NCBI GenBank assembly: GCA_965234725.1
Contig: CBDDUX010000026.1
Location: 32,001-96,000 of the forward strand
Length of the DNA: 64,000 nucleotides
Direction: 5' to 3'
Origin: Thermoplasmatota archaeon
Lineage (GTDB): Archaea; Thermoplasmatota; Penumbrarchaeia; Penumbrarchaeales; Penumbrarchaeaceae
In this document: piece after piece, positions 41,501-50,011 of the stretch
Layout: each line of letters starts with the position of its first letter
Numbering within the stretch: position 1 is the first letter of the stretch
Translations under genes and position numbers: made by a program
Notes under the pieces: generated by a model
Seen by the model: the letters and a program-made list of their open reading frames with translations, nothing else
The model's database searches: none
Told to the model about the DNA's origin: nothing

Positions 41501-42080
41501 CAGAGTGGAGATATCTAAGAACAACGGATTGAGCTGGGCACCTCTGAACTTCGGAGTCAGATCCTCATGGAGGGTTAGCGGGACTGAAGCCGATCTGACA
41601 GATGGTGAGTTGGACGGAAAATCATTCACCGGGGCATCCGAGAGATCCGATGTCCACAACTGGGTTCCTGCATCATCAATATCAAGGCTTACTCTGGATC
41701 TGGGTGGTTATACCGGTTATGTGGTAACTTTGAGATTCAGGATTGTGACCAACATTGATGGTATCCATTATGAGGATGTCAATTCGTTCAGAGGAGTATA
41801 TCTCGATGATATCAAGGTGTTCGGTGAATCACTGGAATCATCACCTACAAGGTCTCAGAGTATGGAAAACCCGGATATCGATGAAATGATATTGGAAAGC
41901 TTATCAAAGGGATCTGATGATGGATCGACCTCGGAAATTATTGAGGTTCCCGAACCGCAAGAATCTGTTGAAAGGGCAAAAGTACAGAACACATTATATG
42001 GACCCACTTTACTTATCTTGTTATTAATCATAATATCTATCATCTGGATGGTCGGAAGACGCTTGGGGGTTCATAGATGA
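35529..42080 (+). CDS. Giant multidomain surface protein, full-length paralog of the previous gene (pilin head, CARDB, VWA, C-terminal TM)
   Basis: G|VSEAIGTVLLLGITVAM, HRGGD..WESGE, DDSASM..SDG MIDAS; shared blocks GPDPGIYDI, GRDLA, GRPPDGFRVE. Confidence 0.85.
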   Translation: MNRNYPKIMKKKGKSDLLGVSEAIGTVLLLGITVAMTGGIALYTSQIDGMDEGLFVDLYASLSGETLSITHRGGDVLTGTETYITIQNSDGTEFRSIKYFDPGQGRSDEFWESGESLDISLVGTTLDITILVTTVRNDGISIVAMKTELSKSSLDPNSPDLAITRISIQQSGTTGIDGYILDHGPFLIIVNVKNIGGSMTEKWVEPLSDSEVSNLMIYDDSDSLELSSLSYTHRDSSGNVKSPSDMILLNDEYLEIVFTWNREKGDYRALGDHVLTVKVNPYSSSELDYRNNIMTRSYTVDKDTTPEPIPGPDPGIYDIYFSDDAPRSGDTITVTVVVQNSGSEILTPDMNVHLIVSLWAPAQKRIPMVGYEEEVTVYDWMMDDPAHYQSWRMGNDTLAVETDLIFPTCTINDIELLPGAYIFFHFSLEARVDIPGGHQTVYAVVNPYDGYDPVDPMGLMYDEGDNHKDNTGLGIFQVFPKILLVDDDGASSGTAGDMTTIVTEALTGSGVKTDAIVVAQQVEDDLGMRNAPAYQYDRTNVPFPAMEDYDIVIWITGQRTDALTNDPIAAYGGNIQELMKYLDDNGYFLLVGSHPLDGLTHYFNGANNTLMPGTGWSGNPEYEDAQNFIYNYLGIQRVYSGEDLPLGNDDRMVGIDGDEGNITEVDGGGEYNIEFNDMAEFNAMSTLFLPRSVQTEKDLQPYFEIPAGVLTYQDEISGGTETDHVNTVRSWSVPDPVTGAIYKSVVMGWDVREIKYLNQEIDIFARTMKWLDWEIQIGRDLAITKMELSLLSQDENNDWIKVPIDNDEVVPKYLDTIEIEVSVRNNGLLEESTTLIFYVTGPNGIEVPVTTDLPEPRSEEFIPEEKINDNNPIDLAYISGGGGEVTRYKLWLALGSGIYNFRVMVDPYHLIDEVNEDNNDISYSTTTLASFVAENNILIVDDDGSSDNFLAEDLPLATWNGLVINYPLGEPSELIADSLVELDFDHEVFTTENYHDSSDWIMGSGPLVEELKRFNSIIWVSGNSGSVVSLDRETLTDSDIIAIEKYLSGLYDEAQFLGDDHNENLMLTGSHVLEDISGSGDHSISGVGIETSTHEFLRNFLGVHPETTSPPQETGSIIFGARSGSMLSDIYFGLEIFDEDIEGGDFNYQDLTTFNRPFSTVRNAFMTFDGTMNIDTASVQFSHHDDEAGDYFRSVFHSWDLAELQKSGDGSIEHPFQESIFLTLRWFDTPIIQPEILSRNIMVDINHDNPSLGNSYLVSLKVANLGGASGGGTVRFMDGDTLFSTRFIFLDPGDQVTIEAIWEPQYAGNRIIKVWLDRFDDYDEVFDSINNIPQRSITVYYFWDDMETYGSNNFEHDALVAMINGENPLDYYDPLDPDPQTNVIDSWDRSMSYGVREADDTSKSAPYSYRLEESKGAVLNRADVIISFVIDDSASMTKRTSTAGNTWLQEAKDAAQILLNELSDASICVSIWDFKGNAERRWSGPTDRGTSEGGISTTNRRDPVRLGDDFGGIDGRTLVSNEIDSMSNPSGTTIIWDSIGEAYKDIEYWSVYYPDLTPVVVVLSDGMDIQASDGSSLSLLTVDNTVEGGSTYWAPWGSMADGEQYYQYHLGKYSTDLSDLSASTYWMYAMNLGSMDHYRYGLLDSDIPIYTIGLGLEHHDPPYLPEISTNPVTTIGDHILDYTNAHCSATGTGIGESGTLEYNLWRIADSSDAKYFYAPTADELADIFQELGQLLAKPQDQTRSSEPTRQDEVPNENKWAVTSEFDVSGAETASLSFWHKYNIVDGANGGYVMVGYLDDTVDTDADGDPTNDWDWKYMTPVNGFYSGSLYPGLERKDSFGNTINWGYNGRSGEGTFDWDNADFNILDFVPPGYRDRVKVMFYYIQYGGGTGDGWWFDDVKIVMSRAEESPVDADSIDTWRFLEGTTESGTVHSGTHSWFAGGITTAYDLHEGIDNSLYTRPIDLTNARNAYLEFYTRFNIQYEAGRPPDGFRVEISKNNGLSWAPLNFGVRSSWRVSGTEADLTDGELDGKSFTGASERSDVHNWVPASSISRLTLDLGGYTGYVVTLRFRIVTNIDGIHYEDVNSFRGVYLDDIKVFGESLESSPTRSQSMENPDIDEMILESLSKGSDDGSTSEIIEVPEPQESVERAKVQNTLYGPTLLILLLIIISIIWMVGRRLGVHR

Positions 42081-42940
42081 GAAAACTACTGAAAATGGAT
42101 AACAACGGTGACGCTGTCATGGTTACCGCTGTACTTTTGATGTCGCTATTTCTCTCTGCAGGTTCACAGCTTCTGATATCATACGGGGAGGACCTTGGAA
42201 AAGACAATGACCGGGAGCATATGACAGATGTTGAGGAATCGATGCTAAGGCTTCGGACCTCCATGAAATCCCTTCTGAAAGCAGAGGATACCGATACGTT
42301 GATGGTTAACAGATTCACACTCGGAACTATGGGTAATCCATATTTGGCGGTTGCCCGGTCATCGGGAACTCTCACACATACAAATGATCCTTCGGATTTC
42401 CATATGGAAGTAGTGATCGAAGATGGAGGTTCGGAGGATGTCCTCAATACGGTGAGTGGTGCCCTGATCTTTGAATCAAATAATTACTACTATCATGACC
42501 AGGACCTGACAATTATTTCAGGCGGTGTTATCAAGGAACAACACGGTTTCGAGACGATGTCGTCCTATCCTGACTTATCAATATCGCATACAATCAGTGG
42601 ATATTCATTGGATATGTTTCTATTCGGTATGGCAGGAGATTACTGGAAGGTTTCCGGGATAGAATCATTGATCCTGTCGGTTTCAATGATAGGTTATTCC
42701 CAGATAGACAGGATAATGGGACCTGGAGAGGTTCTATCAGTAAGGATAAACGGCATGGGGGAGAGATCATGGTACGAGATGATGGAAGGGACCTTCCAGA
42801 CCTTCGGTCTTATCTCGGGTGTGGATTATCAGATAAACGTCCCGGTCGATTGGGACGATGCAGGTCAGGAACTTGAAGTGGAATTTCTGACACTTGAATC
42901 ACTATCAGCAAGAATTTGTGAAATGGAGGTGACATTATGA
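42077..42940 (+). CDS. Archaeal pilin-like (class III signal peptide) protein
   Basis: Short charged leader, hydrophobic helix, 'E..HM.DV..S' and 'G.L.F.SNNYYYHDQ...GGVI..Q' pattern; overlaps the upstream stop. Confidence 0.7.
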   Translation: MRKLLKMDNNGDAVMVTAVLLMSLFLSAGSQLLISYGEDLGKDNDREHMTDVEESMLRLRTSMKSLLKAEDTDTLMVNRFTLGTMGNPYLAVARSSGTLTHTNDPSDFHMEVVIEDGGSEDVLNTVSGALIFESNNYYYHDQDLTIISGGVIKEQHGFETMSSYPDLSISHTISGYSLDMFLFGMAGDYWKVSGIESLILSVSMIGYSQIDRIMGPGEVLSVRINGMGERSWYEMMEGTFQTFGLISGVDYQINVPVDWDDAGQELEVEFLTLESLSARICEMEVTL

Positions 42941-43767
42941 AACTGACAAGGTCCAGGAACGATGAAGGTGTAACAAACGTGGTTTCATTGATAATGATAG
43001 CAGCAATAATCGTCTCCTTCATGGGAATGGTCTTCACAACATATCTACCTGCATGGGGAAAGGATATCGAGGTACAGACCCTGAACGATGTGATGGATTC
43101 CTTCATGGACCTTAAGTCTGGAATGGATACATTATCAGTTGGTGGAGATCAGGGAACCTCCATAACAACAAAGTTTGCACTCGGGTCCGAGGGTGGACCC
43201 ATGTTCGGTTTCGGAAGGATGACAGGATCCATAACCCTTGACAATGAAGGGGGAGAAATGTCAGTCAGCGACGCAACAACGACCTATGCTCAGACAAGAG
43301 GAACCCTCAGTTACAGCTCATATAATGTCTATGTGGAAGAACAGGACATCATACTCGAAGGTGGGGCCATCTTCAGGGACCAGGCTGTATCATCTGTTGT
43401 CAAAGGCCCACCGAACTTACTTGTCGACAGGGACTCGGCAACTGGTAGCATTAAATTGTATATTCTCCTCCAGAACCTTCAAGGAACCGAGATCGGATTT
43501 GCAGGCACGGGAAGCTACATGGTGAAGACAAGCCTCCTTACAGCTGAATTCTCAGAATATTCTCTCGGCGGAGTTGATGTGACCATAGAGATCGCAACAG
43601 AACACGATGGACTATGGCAGGATATTGTAGATGATATGATGACAGAACAGGGAATACCGGGAACTGATTATTCCACCTCGTATGCAGGAGGAGTATTCTC
43701 ATTCACGATAGATAATGTTGATAATATGTCCATAAGAACGTCATTCTTCAAGATAGGAGTGACCTAG
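42937..43767 (+). CDS. Archaeal pilin-like (class III signal peptide) protein
   Basis: NDEG|VTNVVSLIMIAAII, PAWGKDIE...V.DSF..LK, EGGAIFRDQ; ATGA coupling with the upstream gene. Confidence 0.78.
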   Translation: MKLTRSRNDEGVTNVVSLIMIAAIIVSFMGMVFTTYLPAWGKDIEVQTLNDVMDSFMDLKSGMDTLSVGGDQGTSITTKFALGSEGGPMFGFGRMTGSITLDNEGGEMSVSDATTTYAQTRGTLSYSSYNVYVEEQDIILEGGAIFRDQAVSSVVKGPPNLLVDRDSATGSIKLYILLQNLQGTEIGFAGTGSYMVKTSLLTAEFSEYSLGGVDVTIEIATEHDGLWQDIVDDMMTEQGIPGTDYSTSYAGGVFSFTIDNVDNMSIRTSFFKIGVT

Positions 43768-43826
43768 GCAAGATGTATCTATTCAAAATTGAATTTCATA
43801 CTAAGCATTTCATTTAATATGTAATT

Positions 43827-44843
43827 TCATACTAAGTAAAGTTCTCCTTCTATCAAAGCGCCTTTGATGGTCTCACCTTCGATGGTCCTGTTCTTTAGAA
43901 GGAGCTCAACGGTCCTCATGGTGCTTGGATGGAGCACCTGAACCTCATTTCCAATGTTGGAAACCACCACGAGATCGCACTCTACCTCGTCCTTTTTCAT
44001 CTTTCTCAGAGACATTGCTATTGTGGGGTCCATTGTCTCTTCCCTGTGTCCCTTCAGTGACCTTACAGTCACCCTTCTGGACATCTTTACAACCTTCAAT
44101 GGTTCTCCCTCCCTGATGAGGTAATCTCCTACAAGGAAACCCGGAAGCCTGACCAGGTAGGTATGTCTGTAGATATCCCGGCCTTCCCTTCTTCCGAACA
44201 GGGAGGCTGACCATTTGTAATCACCACCGTAGATCTCATATAGCTTCATTGACAGCTGTTTTGCGAAGGAGTTCTCACCCATGTAGAAATCATAACCCCC
44301 TCTTACCTTCTCTTCCTTGGTGATGAACACATTCGGGTCCATGAGGGACATCTGGTCCGTTGAATCCCTAACCCTGTCCAGGAGGTCCTCGATCTCCTGG
44401 TCAGTGAGGCCTTCCAAGCCTCTCAACTGTATGATGGCTTCAAAGTAGTTACCGCTCTGTTTCGAGCAAAAAGGACATTGGGAAAGGGATATCCTCACCT
44501 CTGTGGCTATGTCTTTTTTGATCACAATTCCCCTGTATGTGGATTCGGTGTTACCCGATATCCGGAACAGTGTATTGTCGAAATGGTCAACGGAGAGTTC
44601 GGTCTTATGGTTCTTGATATCATCCAAGACATGGATGGAAGAAAATGCGACCTTGCAGGCTGCATTGGAGAGGTCACCCGGACATTCCTCCCAGGAATGA
44701 CCCCTGAGTATACGGTTGCAGGTTGGACATACGGTCCCATGGATCACAGGGTCAAGGCTGATAGGGTTCACAGTCTCCAGAATGCACTCTTCACATAGGT
44801 TGTCAGCAAACTGCTCCCTGATCCCACATCTTAGACAAAGCAT
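43827..44843 (-). CDS. nmd3: NMD3-family protein (archaeal ribosome biogenesis factor)
   Basis: CLRCG..LCEEC..CPTC..W..CPFCSKQSGNYFEAIIQLRG, GYDFY, G.DIYR.TYLVRLP. Confidence 0.85.
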   Translation of the reverse strand: MLCLRCGIREQFADNLCEECILETVNPISLDPVIHGTVCPTCNRILRGHSWEECPGDLSNAACKVAFSSIHVLDDIKNHKTELSVDHFDNTLFRISGNTESTYRGIVIKKDIATEVRISLSQCPFCSKQSGNYFEAIIQLRGLEGLTDQEIEDLLDRVRDSTDQMSLMDPNVFITKEEKVRGGYDFYMGENSFAKQLSMKLYEIYGGDYKWSASLFGRREGRDIYRHTYLVRLPGFLVGDYLIREGEPLKVVKMSRRVTVRSLKGHREETMDPTIAMSLRKMKKDEVECDLVVVSNIGNEVQVLHPSTMRTVELLLKNRTIEGETIKGALIEGELYLV

Positions 44844-44878
44844 CTAGCCTGACTCTACGAAATGATACTAAAATGCTT

Positions 44879-45103
44879 TCATTCTTCCTTGTCCCTGATG
44901 AGCCCGATGGACCTGTGGTCGGTCAGGGAGGGTCTGGATAAAATGGAATCAGAGTTGAGGTCCCTCAATGGGAACATATGGCAGGCTGTGCAGGACGTCC
45001 CGTCGCATAGACCCTGGACCTTTCCGCACCAGAGGCTCTTGACCAGCCTGTCTCTTTGAAGGGGATCATCGAACTCTGGCCGGCGCTTCTTGATCTCATC
45101 CAT
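44879..45103 (-). CDS. Small Cys-rich hypothetical protein
   Basis: C-x6-C-x4-C-x2-C pattern; TATA-like TTTATAT about 45 bp upstream on the minus strand; fills the gap between ahcY and nmd3. Confidence 0.45.
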   Translation of the reverse strand: MDEIKKRRPEFDDPLQRDRLVKSLWCGKVQGLCDGTSCTACHMFPLRDLNSDSILSRPSLTDHRSIGLIRDKEE

Positions 45104-45191
45104 AGAAATAACACCCTGGAATATTTTAGTAAAGGACAGAACCGATATAAAATAATTAACCTGGGTAATCTGAATAATCCAAATGTGACCA

Positions 45192-46451
45192 TCAGGTCCC
45201 TTCTTCCCACGATGAGAGATATCTTCTCTGTTCTTCCGTCAGAACATCCAGTGTGGAACCCATTGTCTTTAGCTTTATCTGGGCTATCCGTTCATCAAGC
45301 TCTCTGGGAAAAGATATGACACCTGGTTGAAGACCACCCTTGGCGATGATCTCCGCTCCTGACATCTGGATTGCGAATGACATGTCCATGATCTCCACCG
45401 GGTGACCCTGACCGGATGCGAGGTTCACAAGTCTTCCCTCGCTGAGCAGATGTATTTTTTTCCCCGAGATAACAAAGGATTCCACATGTTCCCTAGTCCT
45501 GGTGTAGGGATAATTTCTAAGGTATTCTACATCGATCTCGTTGTCGAAATGTCCTGCGTTGGCCAGAGTACAGCCATCCTTCAATTTGCCTATCACGTCC
45601 CTATCAATGACATCCTTGCAACCTGTCGCTGTCACTACCATGTCAGCATAGGGGGCAGCTTCCTTCATCGACCGGACCTCGAATCCATCGTGGGCGGCCT
45701 CAACTGCCTTGACCGGATCTATCTCTGTAATCGTGACTATAGCTCCCATCCCTCTCATTCTCATGGCAATACCTCTCCCACACCACCCGTATCCTGCGAC
45801 GATAACTCTCCTACCTGCAATCGTCAGGTTCGTGGCGTTCAGTATCCCATCCATTGTGGACTGTCCGGTTCCGTACCTGTTATCGAAGAAATGCTTCATC
45901 GCACAATCGTTGACATTCATTACCGGGATCTCCAGCTTCCCCTCCTTTTCCATGGCCTTCAACCTGATCACACCGGTGGTGGTCTCCTCACAACCTCCGA
46001 GGACATCTCCGATCAATTCTCTCCTTTCCGTATGCAGGAGCTTAACGAGATCACCGCCATCGTCTATCAGGATTTCCGGCCTCATGTCAAAGGCCCAGTT
46101 CAAAGCGTGGTAGTAATCTTCTTTTGACTCTCCGTGTCTCGCTCTTACTTCGACCCCCCTCTCCATCAAGGCCAGGGAAACGCTGTCATCCGTTGAAAGA
46201 GGGTTGCAGGATGTCAACCTCACTATAGCACCCGCATCCATCAAGGAGAGGGCAAGCACACCTGTCTTCGCTTCTGTGTGGAGGGACATCGCTATTCTTT
46301 TTCCCTTAAGCGTGGCATTCTCTTTGATCTCTTTCTTTAAGGTCGAAAGGACAGGCATGAAGGACAAGGCCCAATCCAGTCTTCTGCTTCCTTTCTCGAT
46401 CAGCGATCCCCTCTCTTCAGATGAGAGGTCCTCGAAAAGCAAAGGTTCCAT
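45192..46451 (-). CDS. ahcY: Adenosylhomocysteinase
   Basis: SCNPLST, DDGGD, EETTTG, FDNRYGTGQS, GYGWCGRG, GRLVNL..GHP..MDMSF. Confidence 0.97.
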   Translation of the reverse strand: MEPLLFEDLSSEERGSLIEKGSRRLDWALSFMPVLSTLKKEIKENATLKGKRIAMSLHTEAKTGVLALSLMDAGAIVRLTSCNPLSTDDSVSLALMERGVEVRARHGESKEDYYHALNWAFDMRPEILIDDGGDLVKLLHTERRELIGDVLGGCEETTTGVIRLKAMEKEGKLEIPVMNVNDCAMKHFFDNRYGTGQSTMDGILNATNLTIAGRRVIVAGYGWCGRGIAMRMRGMGAIVTITEIDPVKAVEAAHDGFEVRSMKEAAPYADMVVTATGCKDVIDRDVIGKLKDGCTLANAGHFDNEIDVEYLRNYPYTRTREHVESFVISGKKIHLLSEGRLVNLASGQGHPVEIMDMSFAIQMSGAEIIAKGGLQPGVISFPRELDERIAQIKLKTMGSTLDVLTEEQRRYLSSWEEGT

Positions 46452-46455
46452 GATA

Positions 46456-47619
46456 TCACAGCCCTGCCAGGTCTCTCAGCTCCCCTGCCCTGTCTGTCCT
46501 TTCCCAGCTGAAACCATCCCTTCCGAAATGGCCGTAGGCTGCAGTTTCTCTATATATGGGTCTAAGGAGGTCAAGTTCCTTGATTATCGAGATCGGTCTG
46601 AGATCGAAGTTCTCCTGGATCAAGGTTTCAATGGTCTCTTCAGGTACCACAGATGTCCCGTAAGTATCCACCATGAGTGATACAGGTTCGGCCACTCCAA
46701 TGGCATAGGCTATCTGCACCTCGGCACTTTCCGAAAGACCCGCAGCAACTATGTTCTTTGCAATATATCTGGCCATATAGGACCCGGACCTGTCCACCTT
46801 GGATGGGTCCTTTCCAGAGAACGCTCCTCCTCCATGTGATCCTACTCCGCCGTATGTATCCACTATGATCTTCCTACCCGTAAGACCGGTATCCGCTTGA
46901 GGTCCGCCTATGATGAAGGAACCTGTTTCATTTACATGGAAATTAGTATCATCTCTCAACATCTCATCTGGTATCGAGGGACTGATGACCTTTTCAATGA
47001 TATCATCTTTAATGGTCCTGTGGTCCACACCTTCCCTGTGTTGGGAGGCTACCACAACCGCTGTAACGGAGATGGGTTTCCTATTGAGATAGTCCACTGT
47101 CACCTGGGATTTACCGTCCGGCCCGATGTAATCTATAATTCCCTTCTTCCTTACCTCTGCAAGTCTTTTTGTGATCCTGTGTGCGAATAGAAGTGTGGAT
47201 GGGATCATCTCCTTTGTTTCATTGGTTGCATATCCGAACATCAAACCCTGGTCGCCAGCTCCCTGTTCATGATGGAGTCCCTCACCTGTTACACCCTGTC
47301 GAATATCATTTGATTGTTCATGGATGGATGTAAGGACCGCGCAGGATTTATAATCGAATCCCAGGGCGGGATCATCGTATCCGATCTCCTTCACGGTATC
47401 TGTAACAACTTTACGTACATCCACATAGGCAGTTGTAGAGATCTCTCCTGCCACAAGTGCCAATGAGGAGGTGAGAAGTGTCTCGCATGCCACTTTTCCA
47501 AGAGGGTCCTGTTCCAGGACATCATCCAGTATGGCATCCGATATCTGGTCCGCCATTTTATCAGGATGGCCCTCAGTTACCGATTCCGAGGTGAACCTGT
47601 AGGGACGGCTTCTTATCAT
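46456..47619 (-). CDS. metK: Methionine adenosyltransferase (bacterial/eukaryotic type)
   Basis: [55 protein letters not shown]; start taken at ATG 47619. Confidence 0.97.
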   Translation of the reverse strand: MIRSRPYRFTSESVTEGHPDKMADQISDAILDDVLEQDPLGKVACETLLTSSLALVAGEISTTAYVDVRKVVTDTVKEIGYDDPALGFDYKSCAVLTSIHEQSNDIRQGVTGEGLHHEQGAGDQGLMFGYATNETKEMIPSTLLFAHRITKRLAEVRKKGIIDYIGPDGKSQVTVDYLNRKPISVTAVVVASQHREGVDHRTIKDDIIEKVISPSIPDEMLRDDTNFHVNETGSFIIGGPQADTGLTGRKIIVDTYGGVGSHGGGAFSGKDPSKVDRSGSYMARYIAKNIVAAGLSESAEVQIAYAIGVAEPVSLMVDTYGTSVVPEETIETLIQENFDLRPISIIKELDLLRPIYRETAAYGHFGRDGFSWERTDRAGELRDLAGL

Positions 47620-47641
47620 GATATCTATAATGGTGTCGAAA

Positions 47642-48706
47642 TCATTTATTTTTCGGTTGAACACGGACCATTTTCATGGGGATCGGGAGGTTGACATACC
47701 ATATCCTCTCATCATCGAAGGCTCCGACCTGTATTCTATCCATCCCAATGTTTGCCCTTTGTGATAAGGCCTGACCATATCCGATGAGGTCCCTGAGGGT
47801 CATAGGATCATCGATCCTTCCCTGAGCATATTTGAGGCAGATCACCTTCTCTCCGTCGAACTGGAGTAGGTCCAGGAAACCGAAGGTCTTAAGCTCCTTT
47901 CCAAAATTATAGTAAAGGGGAAGGTTCCTGCAAAGAGACCTATCATCGTTGATCAGGATAGATCTTAGTGGATCCGATTCGTTGTTCTCTTCAGCTATCC
48001 TGATCATCCTGGCTTCAGGAGGCCCTTCTTTGAACTCCCTTTTCTGAAACAGTTCCAAGGACCGGTCCACTATGTTGGTTCCGATGGGTTCTCCGGTCAG
48101 GTTGGATTGCTCGATCCCCCTGTAAGCCCTGTAGATATAATCGGATAGGGATCCCAGATCCTCAGGAAGTGAGGATACTTTCGTACGATGTAAAGAGAAG
48201 ATGTGTTTCAGGTATACCTTTGGCATCAACGGAAGCCTGGGTTCATTTCTCTTCCTTATCCTTAGGTATGTGAATATATCAGAATAATTGTTCTTCCAGT
48301 AGTGAATAGTGTTCCTTGGAACCCTTTCATTGAAGGTTCGCAGGAGCATCTGGGACACTTGACCGAGTGAGTAACCCTGATTATAGAGGGACAATCCGCG
48401 AAGTACAAGAACGGACCTTGCATTCATATGTGGAAGGGATGCCTTTGAAAAGACCCTTTGACAGTCTCTGCACAGATATATCTGGACAGGACCTTTCTTG
48501 GTCCTCCTATTGCCGTGCTTGATAACATTTGTTCCCGTGCAGTAATTGCAATTCAACGGTTCGAATCCTATCTCCGATATGATAAAACCTTCTACCCTGT
48601 TATCCCAAATTGGACATTTGTTCCATTTACGATTGAAATTACTGAAATCTTTTTCTATAGGGTAAGCTTTGGATACCCATGGAAGACCCGACCGAGGTCC
48701 GGCCAT
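47642..48706 (-). CDS. IS1/IS1595-like Zn ribbon plus HTH fused to a degenerate PD-(D/E)XK nuclease-like domain
   Basis: CNYC..VIKHG....[14 protein letters not shown] '[23 protein letters not shown]'; '[23 protein letters not shown]'. True start is probably near 48555. Confidence 0.6.
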   Translation of the reverse strand: MAGPRSGLPWVSKAYPIEKDFSNFNRKWNKCPIWDNRVEGFIISEIGFEPLNCNYCTGTNVIKHGNRRTKKGPVQIYLCRDCQRVFSKASLPHMNARSVLVLRGLSLYNQGYSLGQVSQMLLRTFNERVPRNTIHYWKNNYSDIFTYLRIRKRNEPRLPLMPKVYLKHIFSLHRTKVSSLPEDLGSLSDYIYRAYRGIEQSNLTGEPIGTNIVDRSLELFQKREFKEGPPEARMIRIAEENNESDPLRSILINDDRSLCRNLPLYYNFGKELKTFGFLDLLQFDGEKVICLKYAQGRIDDPMTLRDLIGYGQALSQRANIGMDRIQVGAFDDERIWYVNLPIPMKMVRVQPKNK

Positions 48707-49035
48707 GGGGTTCCTTCAAGGTGATCCACGATGGCAGTAAGTTCAAAGTGAAGATAATTGAGGTCCTTCCAGGTAAAAGACTGAGTTATCAGAGGCATAG
48801 TAGAAGGGCCGAGAGGTGGACGGTAGTGTCAGGAGAGGCCAACGTTATCATTGACGGTTCGGAATCGATCCACTCCCCTGGAGATGTTGTCATGATCGGT
48901 CTTGGTCAGAAGCACCGCCTCATCAACGACCGAACCGAAGTTCTCATACTTGTCGAGGTACAGATCGGTGATTACTTCGGAGAAGATGACATAGAAAGGT
49001 TCGAGGACGATTTTGGAAGGGTAGAACTGGGTTAA
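48679..49035 (+). CDS. Cupin, mannose-6-phosphate isomerase type II C-terminal domain
   Basis: RPWG, LSYQRH..RAE.W.VVSG, HRL.N, EVQIGDYFGEDDIERFEDDFGR. Confidence 0.9.
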   Translation: MEDPTEVRPWGSFKVIHDGSKFKVKIIEVLPGKRLSYQRHSRRAERWTVVSGEANVIIDGSESIHSPGDVVMIGLGQKHRLINDRTEVLILVEVQIGDYFGEDDIERFEDDFGRVELG

Positions 49036-49159
49036 AAATATAAAAGGTTAGGATATTTTCAATCCTGATAAAAAACCTCAAACACTATTTATATTGCACC
49101 GGTCGATCGAACTTCGATATCTAATATGCCGTTTGGCTACCCAGACAGAGGAAGATGAA

Positions 49160-50011
49160 ATGTCCAGGGAGAAACCAAGGATCAAGGTCATCCTGATAGC
49201 ACAGGATTACGAGATGAGGATAGCTTCAGATATCCTCCTCCTAACCTATTACATGGATAAGGAGCTTGGAATTGAACCCTGGATAACGATCTTCGATAAC
49301 GGTTCCAAGGATAGGACAAGTATAATTGCAAGGAAACTTGGAGCGACCCTTATCAGGTCCAATGAGAGAAGAATAAAGAAGGATATTGTCGAAGAGGTTA
49401 TGGCCACTGGTATAAAGAACAATATCAACACACTGATAATCATTGACGTCCAGGGTGGGAACACAGCTGATGATGCGATCAGTCTCATGGCAAGGTCCAT
49501 CGCTGAGGGCGTTCGGTTCGCATCCGCATATATAAGACCCGAAAAAGGAATGAGCGGGATCGGATGCTGGGCAATAGACAAGGGAATACTTGTCAAGATC
49601 GGGAGGGGGGAGGAGCTGGACATTCAGAAAAGGATACTGGAACTCGCTTCCAAACAGGACCTTGAACTTTGGGCGATATCTGAAGAGATCTCTCTTCAGT
49701 CCAAGAAGAACAGACGTAAACTTTTCCAACTTTTCAAGAGGTCACCTGGTGAAGTGATGACCGGTCTTATCAAGTATCATCCGCTTTCGGTCTATGGTCT
49801 GACAGGACTGATACTATTATGCCTGGCATTGTTCAGTGGGTTCTATACAGTGGATTATTTCTACAGCCACAACGAGTTGAACTACTTCCCGGCTTTCATA
49901 ACCATGGCCCTTGCAATGATTGGTGGATTTTTCATGGTGGCTGGTCTTTTCCTGAACACATTGAACATACTTGCTGAGAGATTGGAGGCAATGGCCAAGT
50001 GGAACGAGTGA
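49160..50011 (+). CDS. Degenerate GT2 (DPM-synthase-like) with two C-terminal TM helices
   Basis: DNGSKDRT retained, but DxD and SGFRA motifs missing; C-terminal 'HPL..YG..G' followed by two TM helices. Confidence 0.7.
   Translation: MSREKPRIKVILIAQDYEMRIASDILLLTYYMDKELGIEPWITIFDNGSKDRTSIIARKLGATLIRSNERRIKKDIVEEVMATGIKNNINTLIIIDVQGGNTADDAISLMARSIAEGVRFASAYIRPEKGMSGIGCWAIDKGILVKIGRGEELDIQKRILELASKQDLELWAISEEISLQSKKNRRKLFQLFKRSPGEVMTGLIKYHPLSVYGLTGLILLCLALFSGFYTVDYFYSHNELNYFPAFITMALAMIGGFFMVAGLFLNTLNILAERLEAMAKWNE

Noticed and set aside
45402-46127. 241-aa plus-strand ORF
   Set aside because: Antisense to ahcY and has no recognisable motifs.
48558-48568. GGTTCGAATCC, resembling a tRNA T-loop
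   Set aside because: No acceptor, D or anticodon stems can be formed around it; it lies at the 5' region of a minus-strand CDS.
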